Shown piece after piece: positions 48,066-57,926 of a stretch of 64,000 nt of DNA (positions within the stretch are counted from its first letter, which is position 1; every line of letters begins with the position of its first letter). This DNA comes from Candidatus Woesearchaeota archaeon (lineage in GTDB: Archaea; Nanobdellota; Nanobdellia; CAYMVK01; CAYYFB01): the NCBI GenBank assembly GCA_964471255.1, contig CAYYFB010000002.1, positions 42,283-106,282 on the forward strand, written 5' to 3'. The notes beneath the pieces were generated by a model. It was not told where the DNA came from. It worked only from the letters and a program-made list of their open reading frames with translations, and made no database searches. Both the position numbers and the translations under genes were made by a program.

Positions 48066-48631
48066 CTAAAAGACTAAGAATAATGTTAATCTCTTCCTTG
48101 GTTCCATCACGGGAACTATGATTATTTTGTGCCCAGTCCTTCTATAAGCTCCGAGTATGGCTTCTTCTTCTTTTTCTCTAAGTTTTTCTATCTCTTCATC
48201 TGTATATTTTCTTCTCCCTCTGCACATATTCCAAGGAAGCCTCTGAAGGAAAAGAACGATATCATATCTTTTTTGACATATCCTCAACAAATAGGAAGGT
48301 ACATGTTCGCCAACTAACTCTATGAACGCTATAGCTTCTGGAAGGCCTCAATCTAAGAAAATCCAAGAACTTTTCCTCTGGATTGCCCGCCTTTCAGCTT
48401 CTCTCTCCATTTCTTCTTGTGTTTGGAAGATTAGCCACTCAAGATAGTGTATATCTTCCTGTTTTAATTTGTGAATATCTATCCCAGACATAGGGAGAAT
48501 TTGCTCCAAACGAGAGAAGGCTTCTTCAACAGTAATATACCCTAATTTCTTTAACATCCCTATTAGAGTTGTTTTACCCGCACAAGAGGGCCTGTCAGAA
48601 CAATTTTTCTAATCCCAAAAGGCTCATTCAT
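48066..48631 (-). pseudogene. AAA_28/NadR-type P-loop ATPase, decayed (1-nt frameshift in the P-loop plus an in-frame TGA)
   Basis: MNEPFGIRKIVLTGP shifts frame to SCAGKTTLIGMLKKLGY. IFLD is followed by TGA (48348-48350), after which the same frame continues GLPEAIAF...RYDIVLFL...IIVPV. Confidence 0.6.
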
Positions 48632-48734
48632 ATTGATATCTTTGTTACTTCTTTATAGTAGTTTATATTTCCTACCAAGTTTTTGCTTGTTATTCAAACT
48701 TTTCTTCGATGGATTCAACTTGTTCATAATTCTA

Positions 48735-49397
48735 TTATTTTAGAGCGTCAGTAAACTCCTTCATTTTCTCATATGGATCTTTTGCTTTAACAACTCCAGA
48801 AGCAATTAAAAACCCTTTGGCTCCTAGCTCTATTCCTTTTTTAATATCCTCTCCTGTCTTAATTCCAGCTCCTATTAATAATGGAACTCTATCCTTACAT
48901 ATTTCTACAGCTTTTTTTACAATCTCTGGCTTTGCTTTGGATACTGAAATATCCCCTCCTATTAATTCTGGGGGCTCATAGGCGATAAAATCAGGATTAA
49001 ATTCCAATATCTTTGATATTAGTTCTAAATCTGGAGCGCAAACTACTGTAATTAAGTCCCATTTTCTTGCAGCATCAATAGTTTTCTTTATCTGATCAAG
49101 CTCAAGCCTATGTTCTGAATGATTAATTAATGTCCCATAAGCTCCAGCATCCCTTATGGCCTTTGGATGAATCCATCCGGTATGTGCCCCAAATTCTATT
49201 GGATCTATATGTTGGGCTAGTACTCTTAATTTAGTAGCTTTTGCTATTTGATAAATATCTGTTGGTTGTACTGCCACCCATATTTCACATCCCAATTCAT
49301 CCTTTGCCCGCTCCAGAATTTTTGCTAATTCTACAGCTCTTTTTCCTATCCCTTTCTCATAAGCTTTAAAATTAATAATAAAGACTACATCTCTCAT
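48735..49397 (-). CDS. tpiA: Triosephosphate isomerase (archaeal short type)
   Basis: It contains FIINFKAYE, LINHSEHR and AYEPPELIG. Confidence 0.85.
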   Translation of the reverse strand: MRDVVFIINFKAYEKGIGKRAVELAKILERAKDELGCEIWVAVQPTDIYQIAKATKLRVLAQHIDPIEFGAHTGWIHPKAIRDAGAYGTLINHSEHRLELDQIKKTIDAARKWDLITVVCAPDLELISKILEFNPDFIAYEPPELIGGDISVSKAKPEIVKKAVEICKDRVPLLIGAGIKTGEDIKKGIELGAKGFLIASGVVKAKDPYEKMKEFTDALK

Positions 49398-49399
49398 TT

Positions 49400-51178
49400 C
49401 TATACACCTAATAGCGACTTATATTCAGAAAAGAATCTATCAAAGTACTCTTTAATCCCTTTATCTTCTTTCATCTTCTCCTTCCACTCTGGAGTTCCTA
49501 TTTCCTCTGCCAGTTTTCTAATTATGTCTAAAACTCTTTTAGACTCCCAAAAAACAGGGGTTGCTCCAGCTTTCTCGTTGTATTTCCAGAACTTCTTAAG
49601 AAGATTTTTTCCTATCTCCAAGTGATTTATTCTCTCACCATATGCTTCAAAGTACAAATCATCTATTATTCCATCTATCCATTTCCTTTGAAACCTGCAT
49701 ATTCCAAAATTATCGTAAGTTATTTCCTTTACTCCTGCATTAAAAACCTCCTTAGCAAATTCTTCCGGCTCCTTAAAATGTCCTACTTCATATACTGTGC
49801 ACCATTTTCCTGGAAGCGGAAGTGGAAGCAATACTCCTATACACCAATAGAAAGTTGGGCAAATACACCATCTCTCCCCAATTGGAATATATACTGCGTA
49901 GTCTTGCAGTCCCATCTCTCTTGATATTGTTCTTAGGTTTTTGTTTTTCCAATTTTTCTCATAGAATTGATTAACTACATTTATTGCTTTTTCTAACCTT
50001 GTTTCTCCATCGATTTTTACTTCTCCCTTTTCATCTAACTCGAGGAAAAATGCTACGATATGCCCCATCTCTATCGCATCAAATCCCAGCTTATCGACCA
50101 ATTCAACAAGTTCCCTAGCATCTTTTAGAAGATATATCCCACAATTAAGGCCTAATGCTTGATAGGGCTCATAATCTATTTTGTAAGTGTCCCAATATTT
50201 CTTGCAGGTAGCTATACATGGTTCTCCGCAAGTTCTAGAACTCTTTTTGTCCAATACATTCTCCTTAAATTTAACGTACCATTCAGTATCCATTATTCTT
50301 TCTCTAAACACTTCCTCTCTCTTTTCTTTATTTTCATAAATCATTCTCCAGTTTTCCCTAATTGTCCAATGCTGGAGCTTAGGATAGTTTCCCCCGAATG
50401 TTCCTTTTTCCCTATATTTTTCGGTTGCATCTAAGATCGCTTTTGGATATTCCATTCCATGAGTGGAAAATACTTTTTTAACAGCATCAATTCCCAGTTT
50501 TGCTTTATAGTTTTCTTCCTTTCCTCCAAAGGCAATTGCTGCTAATCCTTTGTAGGCAAGAAGTGATCCTGCACCCCCTCTCCCGCAAAAATCCTCATAT
50601 AAGATTCCTCTCTCTGTTACCATACAGCTAAACACATTTCCAAAATCTGTAGAGAATGCAGCTGGCCCAATACAAAAGACTCTATAACCCCCTCCTAGAT
50701 GTTCTTTTAGAAATTCCAAAGAAAAAAGTGCCAAAGCCTTATTTCCTTTCTCTTCTTTGTATCCTCTAAAAATCTCAAATAATTTTTCCTTCTCAATCTC
50801 AAAAAACAGGGCTTTCTCATCATTTATCCCTATTATTAATGGAATATCAGATTTTCCCTTTATCCAGAAGATTCGCTCTCCGGTCCTCATTATCCAATAA
50901 CCTCCTCCTCCTGAAGTTGAAGAGAAAAAAGTTCCTGTGAGGGGGGATCTAAATGCTATTGTAACTCTGTGTGTTCCAGGTAAATAAGGAGAATTAAAGG
51001 GGCATGTTCCTATGAATATATCATTTTTCTTCGAATATGGTTCTTCCTCGTAACTTTTTAAAACATTAAGATGATAATGCAATGCTACTTCCAAGACCCC
51101 CAATTTCTCTTTCTCTTCCTCTACCTTTTCATAATCCCTCTTCTCTAGGTCTAAAATCAGCATAAAAAAGTAAAACAA
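49400..51178 (-). CDS. Aldehyde:ferredoxin oxidoreductase-family protein (divergent)
   Basis: It has the N-terminal-domain pattern FRSPLTG...SGGGGYW and a Cys cluster CGEPCIATC. The likely start is MLILDL a few codons inside the tracked ORF. Confidence 0.6.
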   Translation of the reverse strand: MFYFFMLILDLEKRDYEKVEEEKEKLGVLEVALHYHLNVLKSYEEEPYSKKNDIFIGTCPFNSPYLPGTHRVTIAFRSPLTGTFFSSTSGGGGYWIMRTGERIFWIKGKSDIPLIIGINDEKALFFEIEKEKLFEIFRGYKEEKGNKALALFSLEFLKEHLGGGYRVFCIGPAAFSTDFGNVFSCMVTERGILYEDFCGRGGAGSLLAYKGLAAIAFGGKEENYKAKLGIDAVKKVFSTHGMEYPKAILDATEKYREKGTFGGNYPKLQHWTIRENWRMIYENKEKREEVFRERIMDTEWYVKFKENVLDKKSSRTCGEPCIATCKKYWDTYKIDYEPYQALGLNCGIYLLKDARELVELVDKLGFDAIEMGHIVAFFLELDEKGEVKIDGETRLEKAINVVNQFYEKNWKNKNLRTISREMGLQDYAVYIPIGERWCICPTFYWCIGVLLPLPLPGKWCTVYEVGHFKEPEEFAKEVFNAGVKEITYDNFGICRFQRKWIDGIIDDLYFEAYGERINHLEIGKNLLKKFWKYNEKAGATPVFWESKRVLDIIRKLAEEIGTPEWKEKMKEDKGIKEYFDRFFSEYKSLLGV

Positions 51179-51198
51179 AGAATTTAAAAAAGATTTCT

Positions 51199-51684
51199 TT
51201 AGAGTTTATAGCCAATATTTCTTAAAAATTTCTTTCTTTCTTCTATATCTTCCTCCGTTTCAATTCCTTTTGTCTTATACCCATCTATAACTCCCAAAAC
51301 ACCTCTTCCTTGCTCTGTTTCTGCAACTATTACCTCAACAGGATTTGCTGTGGCACAATATAGCGTCACTACTTCGCTTACTTTTTTTATCTTATCAATA
51401 ACATTTATAGGATATGCATTTTTTAAGACTATGATAAAAAAATGGCCAGCCGAAACTTTCATAGCATTTTTCTTTGCTATTTCTATACATTCCTCATCAT
51501 TTCCTGCCCATCTTACTAAACATTTTCCTGAGCTTTCACAGAAAGCAATTCCAAATTTTATTTCTGGAAATGCTTCTTTTAGAGCCTCATAGAGGTCCTC
51601 TACAGTCTTAATGAAATGGCTTTGTCCAAGTATAATATTCCAATTTTCAGGCTTTTCTATCCTAACCGTTTCCAGCTTTATCAT
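51199..51684 (-). CDS. PF04008-like (adenosine-specific kinase family) protein
   Basis: The sequence [19 protein letters not shown]...GIAFCESSG...VIDGYK has family-like layout and length. Confidence 0.55.
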   Translation of the reverse strand: MIKLETVRIEKPENWNIILGQSHFIKTVEDLYEALKEAFPEIKFGIAFCESSGKCLVRWAGNDEECIEIAKKNAMKVSAGHFFIIVLKNAYPINVIDKIKKVSEVVTLYCATANPVEVIVAETEQGRGVLGVIDGYKTKGIETEEDIEERKKFLRNIGYKL

Positions 51685-52595
51685 AAGTTGTGATACTCAA
51701 GAATTTCTATATCATCAACCCTTCCATCAGAATCCTTATCCACCCCTAAAACTACTGAATAGAATTCCTTCCCCTCCTTATAGATATCAAACAACTTTCC
51801 ATGAGTGAGAGAAAGGATGGCAGCTTTAGTTCCTTCTCCTTTATAACCTGAAAAAATAAGGAGCCATTTTTCACTGTTCCATGGACTCCTAATTTTACAA
51901 ACTAAACCATAAGCATCATCTCTATACTCTTTTCCTGTAAAAGATGAATAAAAAAGCTCAACACCATTCTCAACTCTATATTCTATCTTCAGATATTTTC
52001 TTGATTTATCAATAATATGATTTCCAATAGGACTTCCCACAAGGATTAGATTTTCTTTCTCAAGGAGATCTCTGATAATTACTTCAGCATCTAATATCGC
52101 AGAAATTGGTCTTTTTGTAAATCTAACAAACCTTCCTAGGAAAAGGCATAGCTCTGCTGCCAAAAACCCATATTTTCCTACAGCCCTTGAAGGCCCATGA
52201 GGAAATGGTGACTCTATTGCTATAAGACAATTTAAATACCCCTCTTTAGAAACAAAAGGGTAGAAGAACTCTAATGCTTTAACGGAAATTTCTCCCCGAA
52301 TGATTTTCTTCCATTTTGGATTTATTACTATTGAAATGGCATCCGATTTTAATCTATAAAAATTCCCCGTTTTTTCTACTATCCCTTTTTCTCTTAAATA
52401 GGAAAGATGATAGAGAACTGTCTGTTTTGTTTTATTTATTTTTTCTGATAGATAGGAAAGATCCGAACTTCCCCTGCTGAGTTCTTTCAGAAGTTTAAAT
52501 TTCACTCCAGAAAGGTCTAATCCTTCTTGAAAAATTAAGGTGGAAAGCATCTCTTCTCCTCTTATTATTATACCTTTATCTAACACTTTTTCCAT
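51681..52595 (-). CDS. Winged-helix (ArsR-like) DNA-binding protein with an uncharacterised C-terminal domain
   Basis: It has the w[33 protein letters not shown]. Confidence 0.45.
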   Translation of the reverse strand: MEKVLDKGIIIRGEEMLSTLIFQEGLDLSGVKFKLLKELSRGSSDLSYLSEKINKTKQTVLYHLSYLREKGIVEKTGNFYRLKSDAISIVINPKWKKIIRGEISVKALEFFYPFVSKEGYLNCLIAIESPFPHGPSRAVGKYGFLAAELCLFLGRFVRFTKRPISAILDAEVIIRDLLEKENLILVGSPIGNHIIDKSRKYLKIEYRVENGVELFYSSFTGKEYRDDAYGLVCKIRSPWNSEKWLLIFSGYKGEGTKAAILSLTHGKLFDIYKEGKEFYSVVLGVDKDSDGRVDDIEILEYHNL

Positions 52596-52650
52596 ATTTT
52601 TCGAACATCTGAAAAAATATTAAAATTTGTTTATCAATTTTTCAACAAAA

Positions 52651-52659
52651 ATTTAAATA
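52651..52659 (+). promoter_or_regulatory. TATA-like box upstream of glmS
   Basis: ATTTAAATA is centred about 26 nt upstream of the glmS ATG, consistent with a leaderless archaeal transcript. Confidence 0.35.
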
Positions 52660-52680
52660 GAGCTAATCCTAGGCTAGGGC

Positions 52681-54408
52681 ATGTGTGGTATCCTAGGAAT
52701 TGTCTCTAAGGAACCCATTAAGATCAAAGATGCTCTTAATAGGCTCAAGAGGTTAGAGTATAGAGGATACGATTCTGCGGGAATAGCTTCGGCTTCAGGC
52801 TTCTTTTTAAAGAAAAAAGGAGATATAGATTCACTTCTGAAAGTTGTTCAAGGAATAAATTCAAAAGATAAAGTAATAATAGCACATACCCGATGGGCTA
52901 CTCATGGAGAAGTATCTGATATAAACTCTCACCCCCATTTAGATTGCTCTGGAGAAATAATGATAGTACACAATGGAATAATAGAGAACTATAAGGAACT
53001 AAGAAAGCATTTAGAGAAGAGAGGACATATTTTCAGATCAGAGACAGATAGTGAGGTTATAGCTCATCTGATAGAGGATGAAGTAAGAAAGGGAAAAGAT
53101 TTAAAAGATGCTGCGCTCCAGTTATTTAGAAAGCTAAAAGGAACTTATGCCATTCTAATCCTAAAGAAAGGGGAAAACAGGGTAATAGCTCTGAGAAAAG
53201 ACTCCCCATTAGTTATTGGGTTAAGCAACCCCACTATATTTATATCCTCGGATGTTCATACCTTCTTAGATCTAACCCAGAAAGTCATTTTGCTCTCGGA
53301 TTATGAGCTTGCAGAAATAACAGAAAACTCAATAAGAATTTTCAATAAGAAGGGAAATTTGATTAAAAAGAAAATTAAAAACTTAACGCTTGTAGAGCTA
53401 AGCGCTAAGAAAAGAGAATTTGAACATTTTATGTTAAAGGAAATATTTGAACAACCTTTGGCAGCAAAAATTCTTATTGAGTCTTTAGAAGGAGAGCAAG
53501 GAGAAAGGATAGACAAACTCTGTGAGCTTATAGAAAAATCTAAAAATATAGTGTTTTTAGGGGCCGGATCTTCCTATCATGCTTCCCTTATAGGAGCTTA
53601 TCTATTAAGAAAACTCGGATTCCTAGCTGAAGCAATCCTGGCCTCTGAATATCAGTTAGGTGTTTACGATAAAGAAACTCTTCTTATTCCTGTCTCACAA
53701 TCTGGAGAAACGATGGATGTGTTGTTAGCTGTAAAAAACTTGAGAAAGAAAGTTTTTCATGTTTTTTCTGTCCTTAATATTCCATATTCAAGCCTGGAGA
53801 GGCTTTCAGACTCTTTTGTATATATCAATGCTGGACTGGAGAAATGTGTTGCAGCAACCAAGACTTATACAAATCAAGTTCTACTTTTCCTTCTTTTGGC
53901 AAAAAAATTGGGGCTTAGGATTCCAATAAGAAAAGCTCCCAACGCGCTTCAAGAAATTATAGAAAAAAATGAAGAAAGATCAATAAAAATTGCTAAAGAA
54001 ATAAAAAATGAAGAGAGCATATACATCATTGGAAGGGGGATAAACCTTTTTGCTGGGATGGAAATCGCATTGAAACTTAAGGAAATAAGCTATATTCATG
54101 CTGAAGTACTTGCTGGAGGGGAGTTAAAACATGGGACTTTAGCGTTAATTGAACCAGGAACAAAAGTTTTATCTCTTAATCCAAAATGGGATAAAAGAAT
54201 TGAAAGTAATATGAAAGAAATAGAAAGTAGGGGAGGGAAAATTTATTCAATAAATAAAAATGGAGATTTTGTAGTTCCTGAAGACAAGTTCCTCTATCCA
54301 GTTTACGCTGTGATTTGCGGTCAGCTTCTGACCTATTATACTGCAAAGGAAAGGGGTCTTCCTATCGACAAGCCAAGAAACCTTGCAAAGACAATAACAG
54401 TATTCTGA
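52681..54408 (+). CDS. glmS: Glutamine--fructose-6-phosphate aminotransferase
   Basis: It has the N-terminal MCGILGI and two SIS domains. No intein is present. Confidence 0.9.
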   Translation: MCGILGIVSKEPIKIKDALNRLKRLEYRGYDSAGIASASGFFLKKKGDIDSLLKVVQGINSKDKVIIAHTRWATHGEVSDINSHPHLDCSGEIMIVHNGIIENYKELRKHLEKRGHIFRSETDSEVIAHLIEDEVRKGKDLKDAALQLFRKLKGTYAILILKKGENRVIALRKDSPLVIGLSNPTIFISSDVHTFLDLTQKVILLSDYELAEITENSIRIFNKKGNLIKKKIKNLTLVELSAKKREFEHFMLKEIFEQPLAAKILIESLEGEQGERIDKLCELIEKSKNIVFLGAGSSYHASLIGAYLLRKLGFLAEAILASEYQLGVYDKETLLIPVSQSGETMDVLLAVKNLRKKVFHVFSVLNIPYSSLERLSDSFVYINAGLEKCVAATKTYTNQVLLFLLLAKKLGLRIPIRKAPNALQEIIEKNEERSIKIAKEIKNEESIYIIGRGINLFAGMEIALKLKEISYIHAEVLAGGELKHGTLALIEPGTKVLSLNPKWDKRIESNMKEIESRGGKIYSINKNGDFVVPEDKFLYPVYAVICGQLLTYYTAKERGLPIDKPRNLAKTITVF

Positions 54409-55352
54409 TGATAATAGGAATTGCTGGAGCAGGAAGAATGGGAGGTATTCATTTAGAGAAGGTTCTGGAACACCCTAAGGTCCAAGAAGTTCTTATTTAT
54501 GATAAACTTCCAGAAAAAGCAGAAAGATTAGCTAGGTGGTCACACAAAGCCAGAGCTGTTTCATCTTTAACAGAGCTTTCTCAATGTGATGGGGTTATAG
54601 TATGCGTCCCACCTCACGCTCTTTATCCCGTAGCTTGTGAGCTTACGGAAAATGGGGCTGTATGTTTATTGCTTGAAAAACCTGGAGCAACGTCCTCTTT
54701 TTTATTAGAAAATATCCTTAGCAAAGCAGAATTGGTTGGGGTTGATAATACATTGCTTGCTGGATATGGTCCTTATTGGGTCAAGGATTTTATGAGAAAA
54801 GGAGAGGAAATTTTGGCTTCGGTTGTCTGGGAATCCAGAAAACCTCCTTGGTCACTAACTAATCCTTTAGAGCTTCTGCTTAATCTAGGATATCATCCAT
54901 TAACGCTTCTTATAGAGAAAAGAAAAATTAAAGAAGTGGCAGGGCATGTAATCGGTGTATTTGACTCAAAGACCAGGTATTCTGCAAAAATAAGGGCCAA
55001 AATTGGATTTTCTGGATTAACAATAAAGCTTGCTTTAGATTTGTCTTACCATTTAAATCGTTCGGAATCTGGGGTAGGAACTAGGGAAATGCTTCTTGAT
55101 AATGGACGCCTAACTCTTAAGCTTACTTATGCGGGGATAAAAGAGAGAGTAACATTAAGGGAAAAATCCGAATCTATACCATCTGTCGTACGTACTTATA
55201 GGGTTGATAAAATCGGAGAGATAGACAATACCTTTCTCTCTTATGCAGAGAAAGAAGCATCAACAGATGAACTTCCTTTTATGCTTTCTCCCTATGCTGC
55301 TTGGAAAGTTCTAAAAATAATTGAGAAAGTTTTGGGGCTGAAGAATACATGA
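54408..55352 (+). CDS. Gfo/Idh/MocA-like NAD(P)-dependent oxidoreductase
   Basis: It begins MIIGIAGAGRMGGIHL (Rossmann). The ATG overlaps the glmS stop (TGATG), and the tracked 31-aa extension lies inside glmS. Confidence 0.5.
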   Translation: MIIGIAGAGRMGGIHLEKVLEHPKVQEVLIYDKLPEKAERLARWSHKARAVSSLTELSQCDGVIVCVPPHALYPVACELTENGAVCLLLEKPGATSSFLLENILSKAELVGVDNTLLAGYGPYWVKDFMRKGEEILASVVWESRKPPWSLTNPLELLLNLGYHPLTLLIEKRKIKEVAGHVIGVFDSKTRYSAKIRAKIGFSGLTIKLALDLSYHLNRSESGVGTREMLLDNGRLTLKLTYAGIKERVTLREKSESIPSVVRTYRVDKIGEIDNTFLSYAEKEASTDELPFMLSPYAAWKVLKIIEKVLGLKNT

Positions 55353-55386
55353 AGGGAGGTATTAAATATTCTTCTCTTTTATACAT

Positions 55387-55962
55387 ATGGGCTTTTACAA
55401 GTACATCTCAGCATTGTGGAAAAGACCGAAAGAAAACCTAAAGGAGCTATATAAGCAAAGGTTAATAAAATGGAGAAAAGAACCTGTAGTTGTTAGAATA
55501 GAGAAACCAACAAGAATCGACAAAGCTAGAAAGTACGGTTATAAAGCAAAACAAGGGTTTGTAGTAGCTAGAGTGAGGGTCCGTGCTGGGGGGAGGAATA
55601 GGCCAAAACCCTCTGGAGGAAGAAAACCTTCAAAATCCGGGTTAAAAAAATTTTATCCAAAAAAAAGCTTACAATGGATAGCTGAGGAAAAAGCGAATAG
55701 AAAATTCCCTAATTTGGAAGTTCTTGGTAGTTATTTGGTTGGAGAAGACTCTATTTATAAGTGGTTTGAGGTTATCCTCGTAGATCCTCATCATCCCCAA
55801 ATAAAAAATGATCCAGATATAAATTGGATTTGTTTTCAAAGAGGAAGGGTATTTAGAGGACTTACACCTGCTGGAAGGACTTCAAGGGGGCTTAGGAATA
55901 GAGGTAAAGGAGCTGAAAAAATTAGACCTTCTATAAGAAGTCATGGAAGAAGAGGCAAGTAA
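55387..55962 (+). CDS. rpl15e: 50S ribosomal protein eL15
   Basis: It begins [16 protein letters not shown] and contains [16 protein letters not shown]. Confidence 0.9.
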   Translation: MGFYKYISALWKRPKENLKELYKQRLIKWRKEPVVVRIEKPTRIDKARKYGYKAKQGFVVARVRVRAGGRNRPKPSGGRKPSKSGLKKFYPKKSLQWIAEEKANRKFPNLEVLGSYLVGEDSIYKWFEVILVDPHHPQIKNDPDINWICFQRGRVFRGLTPAGRTSRGLRNRGKGAEKIRPSIRSHGRRGK

Positions 55963-56992
55963 ACTTGCGAAAAATTTTTTTAAGGAGATAAAGGAAAATA
56001 TAGTAAATGAGGATGTTAATGAATTTTTAGATGAGTTTTCATCTAGAATTGAAAATACTAACGAAATACTTCTCCTTTCTTGCGGAAGAAGTAGAGACTC
56101 CGCATTTCTTTTATTAGACCCAGAATTCTTTCTAAGATATTTTAAAAAGAAAATTTATGATCCGCTCTCTAGAACATTCCCAGCATCTTCACCCAAAAGT
56201 TTTGTCGAAATGTTCCCTGAAACATTTCTTTTTGTTATAAGCGGAAGTGGAAAGACCCCTTATATTGTAGAAAACCTCTCCGAGCTAGCCAGAAAAATTA
56301 AAGAAAAAAGAATTGCCCTCATAACAGGGAGGAAAGGTTCTCCAGCTGATAGAATTGTAAGGGGTAAAAAAGGAATTGTGCTTTATCTTGGACTAGGAAA
56401 AAGAGGCATTCTTAGAGATATATTCGAGTGTTCGGTGGCTTGCTTATCAGTTTTTCTTAAGTCTAGTATAAAAGAACTAATTAAAGATCCAATTAAATGC
56501 TTAGAAAATATCTTCAAAGTGACAGAAAAGGGGATAGAAAATAAAAATGTTAAAATACTGTTAGAAAAGTTGCTCACAAGGGGAAAGCTGATTATCGCCG
56601 GAACGGGAAAATCAGAGGCTATAGCAAGTGCAGCGGCTATAAGACTTAATCACATAAAAGGATATTTTGGAGATACTGTCCAGATTGCTGGAGAACTAAC
56701 TGGAGAGATAAGGAAGGATGATCTTGTTGTCTTTATAACCTTCTCTGGAATGGAAAACAGAATAATAAAAAGATGGTATGAAGAATCACTTAGGAAAGGA
56801 GCATCTATTTTCTTCCTCTCCCCTAAGAAAATAGGAAAAAGTCCTACAATTACTATCCCAACGGACAAAAGAGACATATTCTATCCAGCTGCTTATATCC
56901 TAACGACCTTAATAGCTCTCTTCCTTAAGAGAGAATTTGAAAAGAAAGGTTTTGTTCTGGAGCCACGGGTTAAGCACTCGCTTTTTGTGTAG
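55943..56992 (+). CDS. Tandem SIS-domain sugar-phosphate isomerase-like protein
   Basis: Two SIS-like cores are present: [11 protein letters not shown] and [19 protein letters not shown]. Confidence 0.5.
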   Translation: MEEEASKLAKNFFKEIKENIVNEDVNEFLDEFSSRIENTNEILLLSCGRSRDSAFLLLDPEFFLRYFKKKIYDPLSRTFPASSPKSFVEMFPETFLFVISGSGKTPYIVENLSELARKIKEKRIALITGRKGSPADRIVRGKKGIVLYLGLGKRGILRDIFECSVACLSVFLKSSIKELIKDPIKCLENIFKVTEKGIENKNVKILLEKLLTRGKLIIAGTGKSEAIASAAAIRLNHIKGYFGDTVQIAGELTGEIRKDDLVVFITFSGMENRIIKRWYEESLRKGASIFFLSPKKIGKSPTITIPTDKRDIFYPAAYILTTLIALFLKREFEKKGFVLEPRVKHSLFV

Positions 56993-57113
56993 GGATAGCT
57001 CCTTGAAGGGAAACCTGTATAATTAGAAATAAATCCTCTTAGCGGTCTGTAATAAACTTATAGTAAGCAATAAATAATCTAAAGTAATAACAATATAGTA
57101 AGATATAGCTGAT

Positions 57114-57216
57114 GCGGGGGTAGGGCAGCCAGGAGTGCCCGCGGGGCTCATAAGGCCTTTCTCTCCAAAGGGCCTAAGTAACCCCGAGGTCGGTGGTTCA
57201 AATCCACCCCCCCGCT
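57114..57216 (+). tRNA. tRNA with anticodon CAT (Met or Ile2) carrying a ~28-nt intron after position 37
   Basis: The acceptor is GCGGGGG/CCCCCGC, the D arm GGGC/GCCC and the anticodon stem CGGGG...CCCCG. The loop CTCATA is split from A38 by AGGCCTTTCTCTCCAAAGGGCCTAAGTA (about 57153-57180), and the T arm is GGTGG-TTCAAAT-CCACC. Confidence 0.8.
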
Positions 57217-57311
57217 TCATTTTCTTCTCCCAAAGATAAGGGAAAATTATTTTTATCAAATTCACATTCTAGAAAAAACACCTATTTTAAACAGAAAATA
57301 CCAGAGTTACC

Positions 57312-57926
57312 ATGGAGGAAAATATATATGGGCCTTATTTATCATTTTCTGTAAGAAAAGGGGAGATTAAGCTACCTATGAGAGAGAATCCTCCCCTTAT
57401 AAGGAATATTATTCAAAAATGCTTGCAGGTTGAACCAACATCCGCACTCGTTATAAAGGGCAAAAATGTGCACTCTGTTTCTCTCAAATCTCATTGTGAA
57501 CGTCTGGAAGCAACTTTGGAAATTTCCAATAAGGAAGGACTTACCCTTGACTCATTACTTATCATTAATGCAATAAATTTTACTGTCCTTTATCATCTAC
57601 CTATGCCCATTAGAGTAAATAATTCAATCGATTTACTCTTCTCTTTCCTTTCATCTAAGGAAGGAGCTTTAACCTATTATTTTCTGGCTAAAGGAGATGG
57701 AAAACAGATATATAGGACTGAGATATCTCAAAAAGAAGCAGTAGATTTGGAATATTTGGTTTATTTAAGAGTAGAGAGGATTATCAAAGAAAATGGACTT
57801 AAATTGACAGTCCTACATTCGCCCATCGGTAGGAGGGCTTTACTGGCCCGATCGGAAATTGGAGTAGTAGGAATCTCTGACAAACCCCCTTCTTTTTACA
57901 AGTTCTCTGTATCCCTCCCTTATTAG
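57312..57926 (+). CDS. Hypothetical protein
   Basis: It is a 204-aa ORF with no motif recognised. Confidence 0.3.
   Translation: MEENIYGPYLSFSVRKGEIKLPMRENPPLIRNIIQKCLQVEPTSALVIKGKNVHSVSLKSHCERLEATLEISNKEGLTLDSLLIINAINFTVLYHLPMPIRVNNSIDLLFSFLSSKEGALTYYFLAKGDGKQIYRTEISQKEAVDLEYLVYLRVERIIKENGLKLTVLHSPIGRRALLARSEIGVVGISDKPPSFYKFSVSLPY

Noticed and set aside
48348-48350. The in-frame TGA in the ATPase gene could represent recoding (selenocysteine or stop read-through).
   Set aside because: The same gene also has a frameshift in its P-loop. The expected residue is Arg, not Cys/Sec, and all other genes in the window use TGA as a normal stop.
556-53121. The idea that the CTGGAGCG excess is just a codon-usage or protein-motif artefact, for example from GxGxxG/P-loop Gly-Ala codons.
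   Set aside because: Copies occur in at least three frames per strand, in unrelated proteins and in spacers. They use codons (CTG, GAG, CGG, GCG) that are otherwise rare here. A codon-preserving shuffle is still needed for a formal test.
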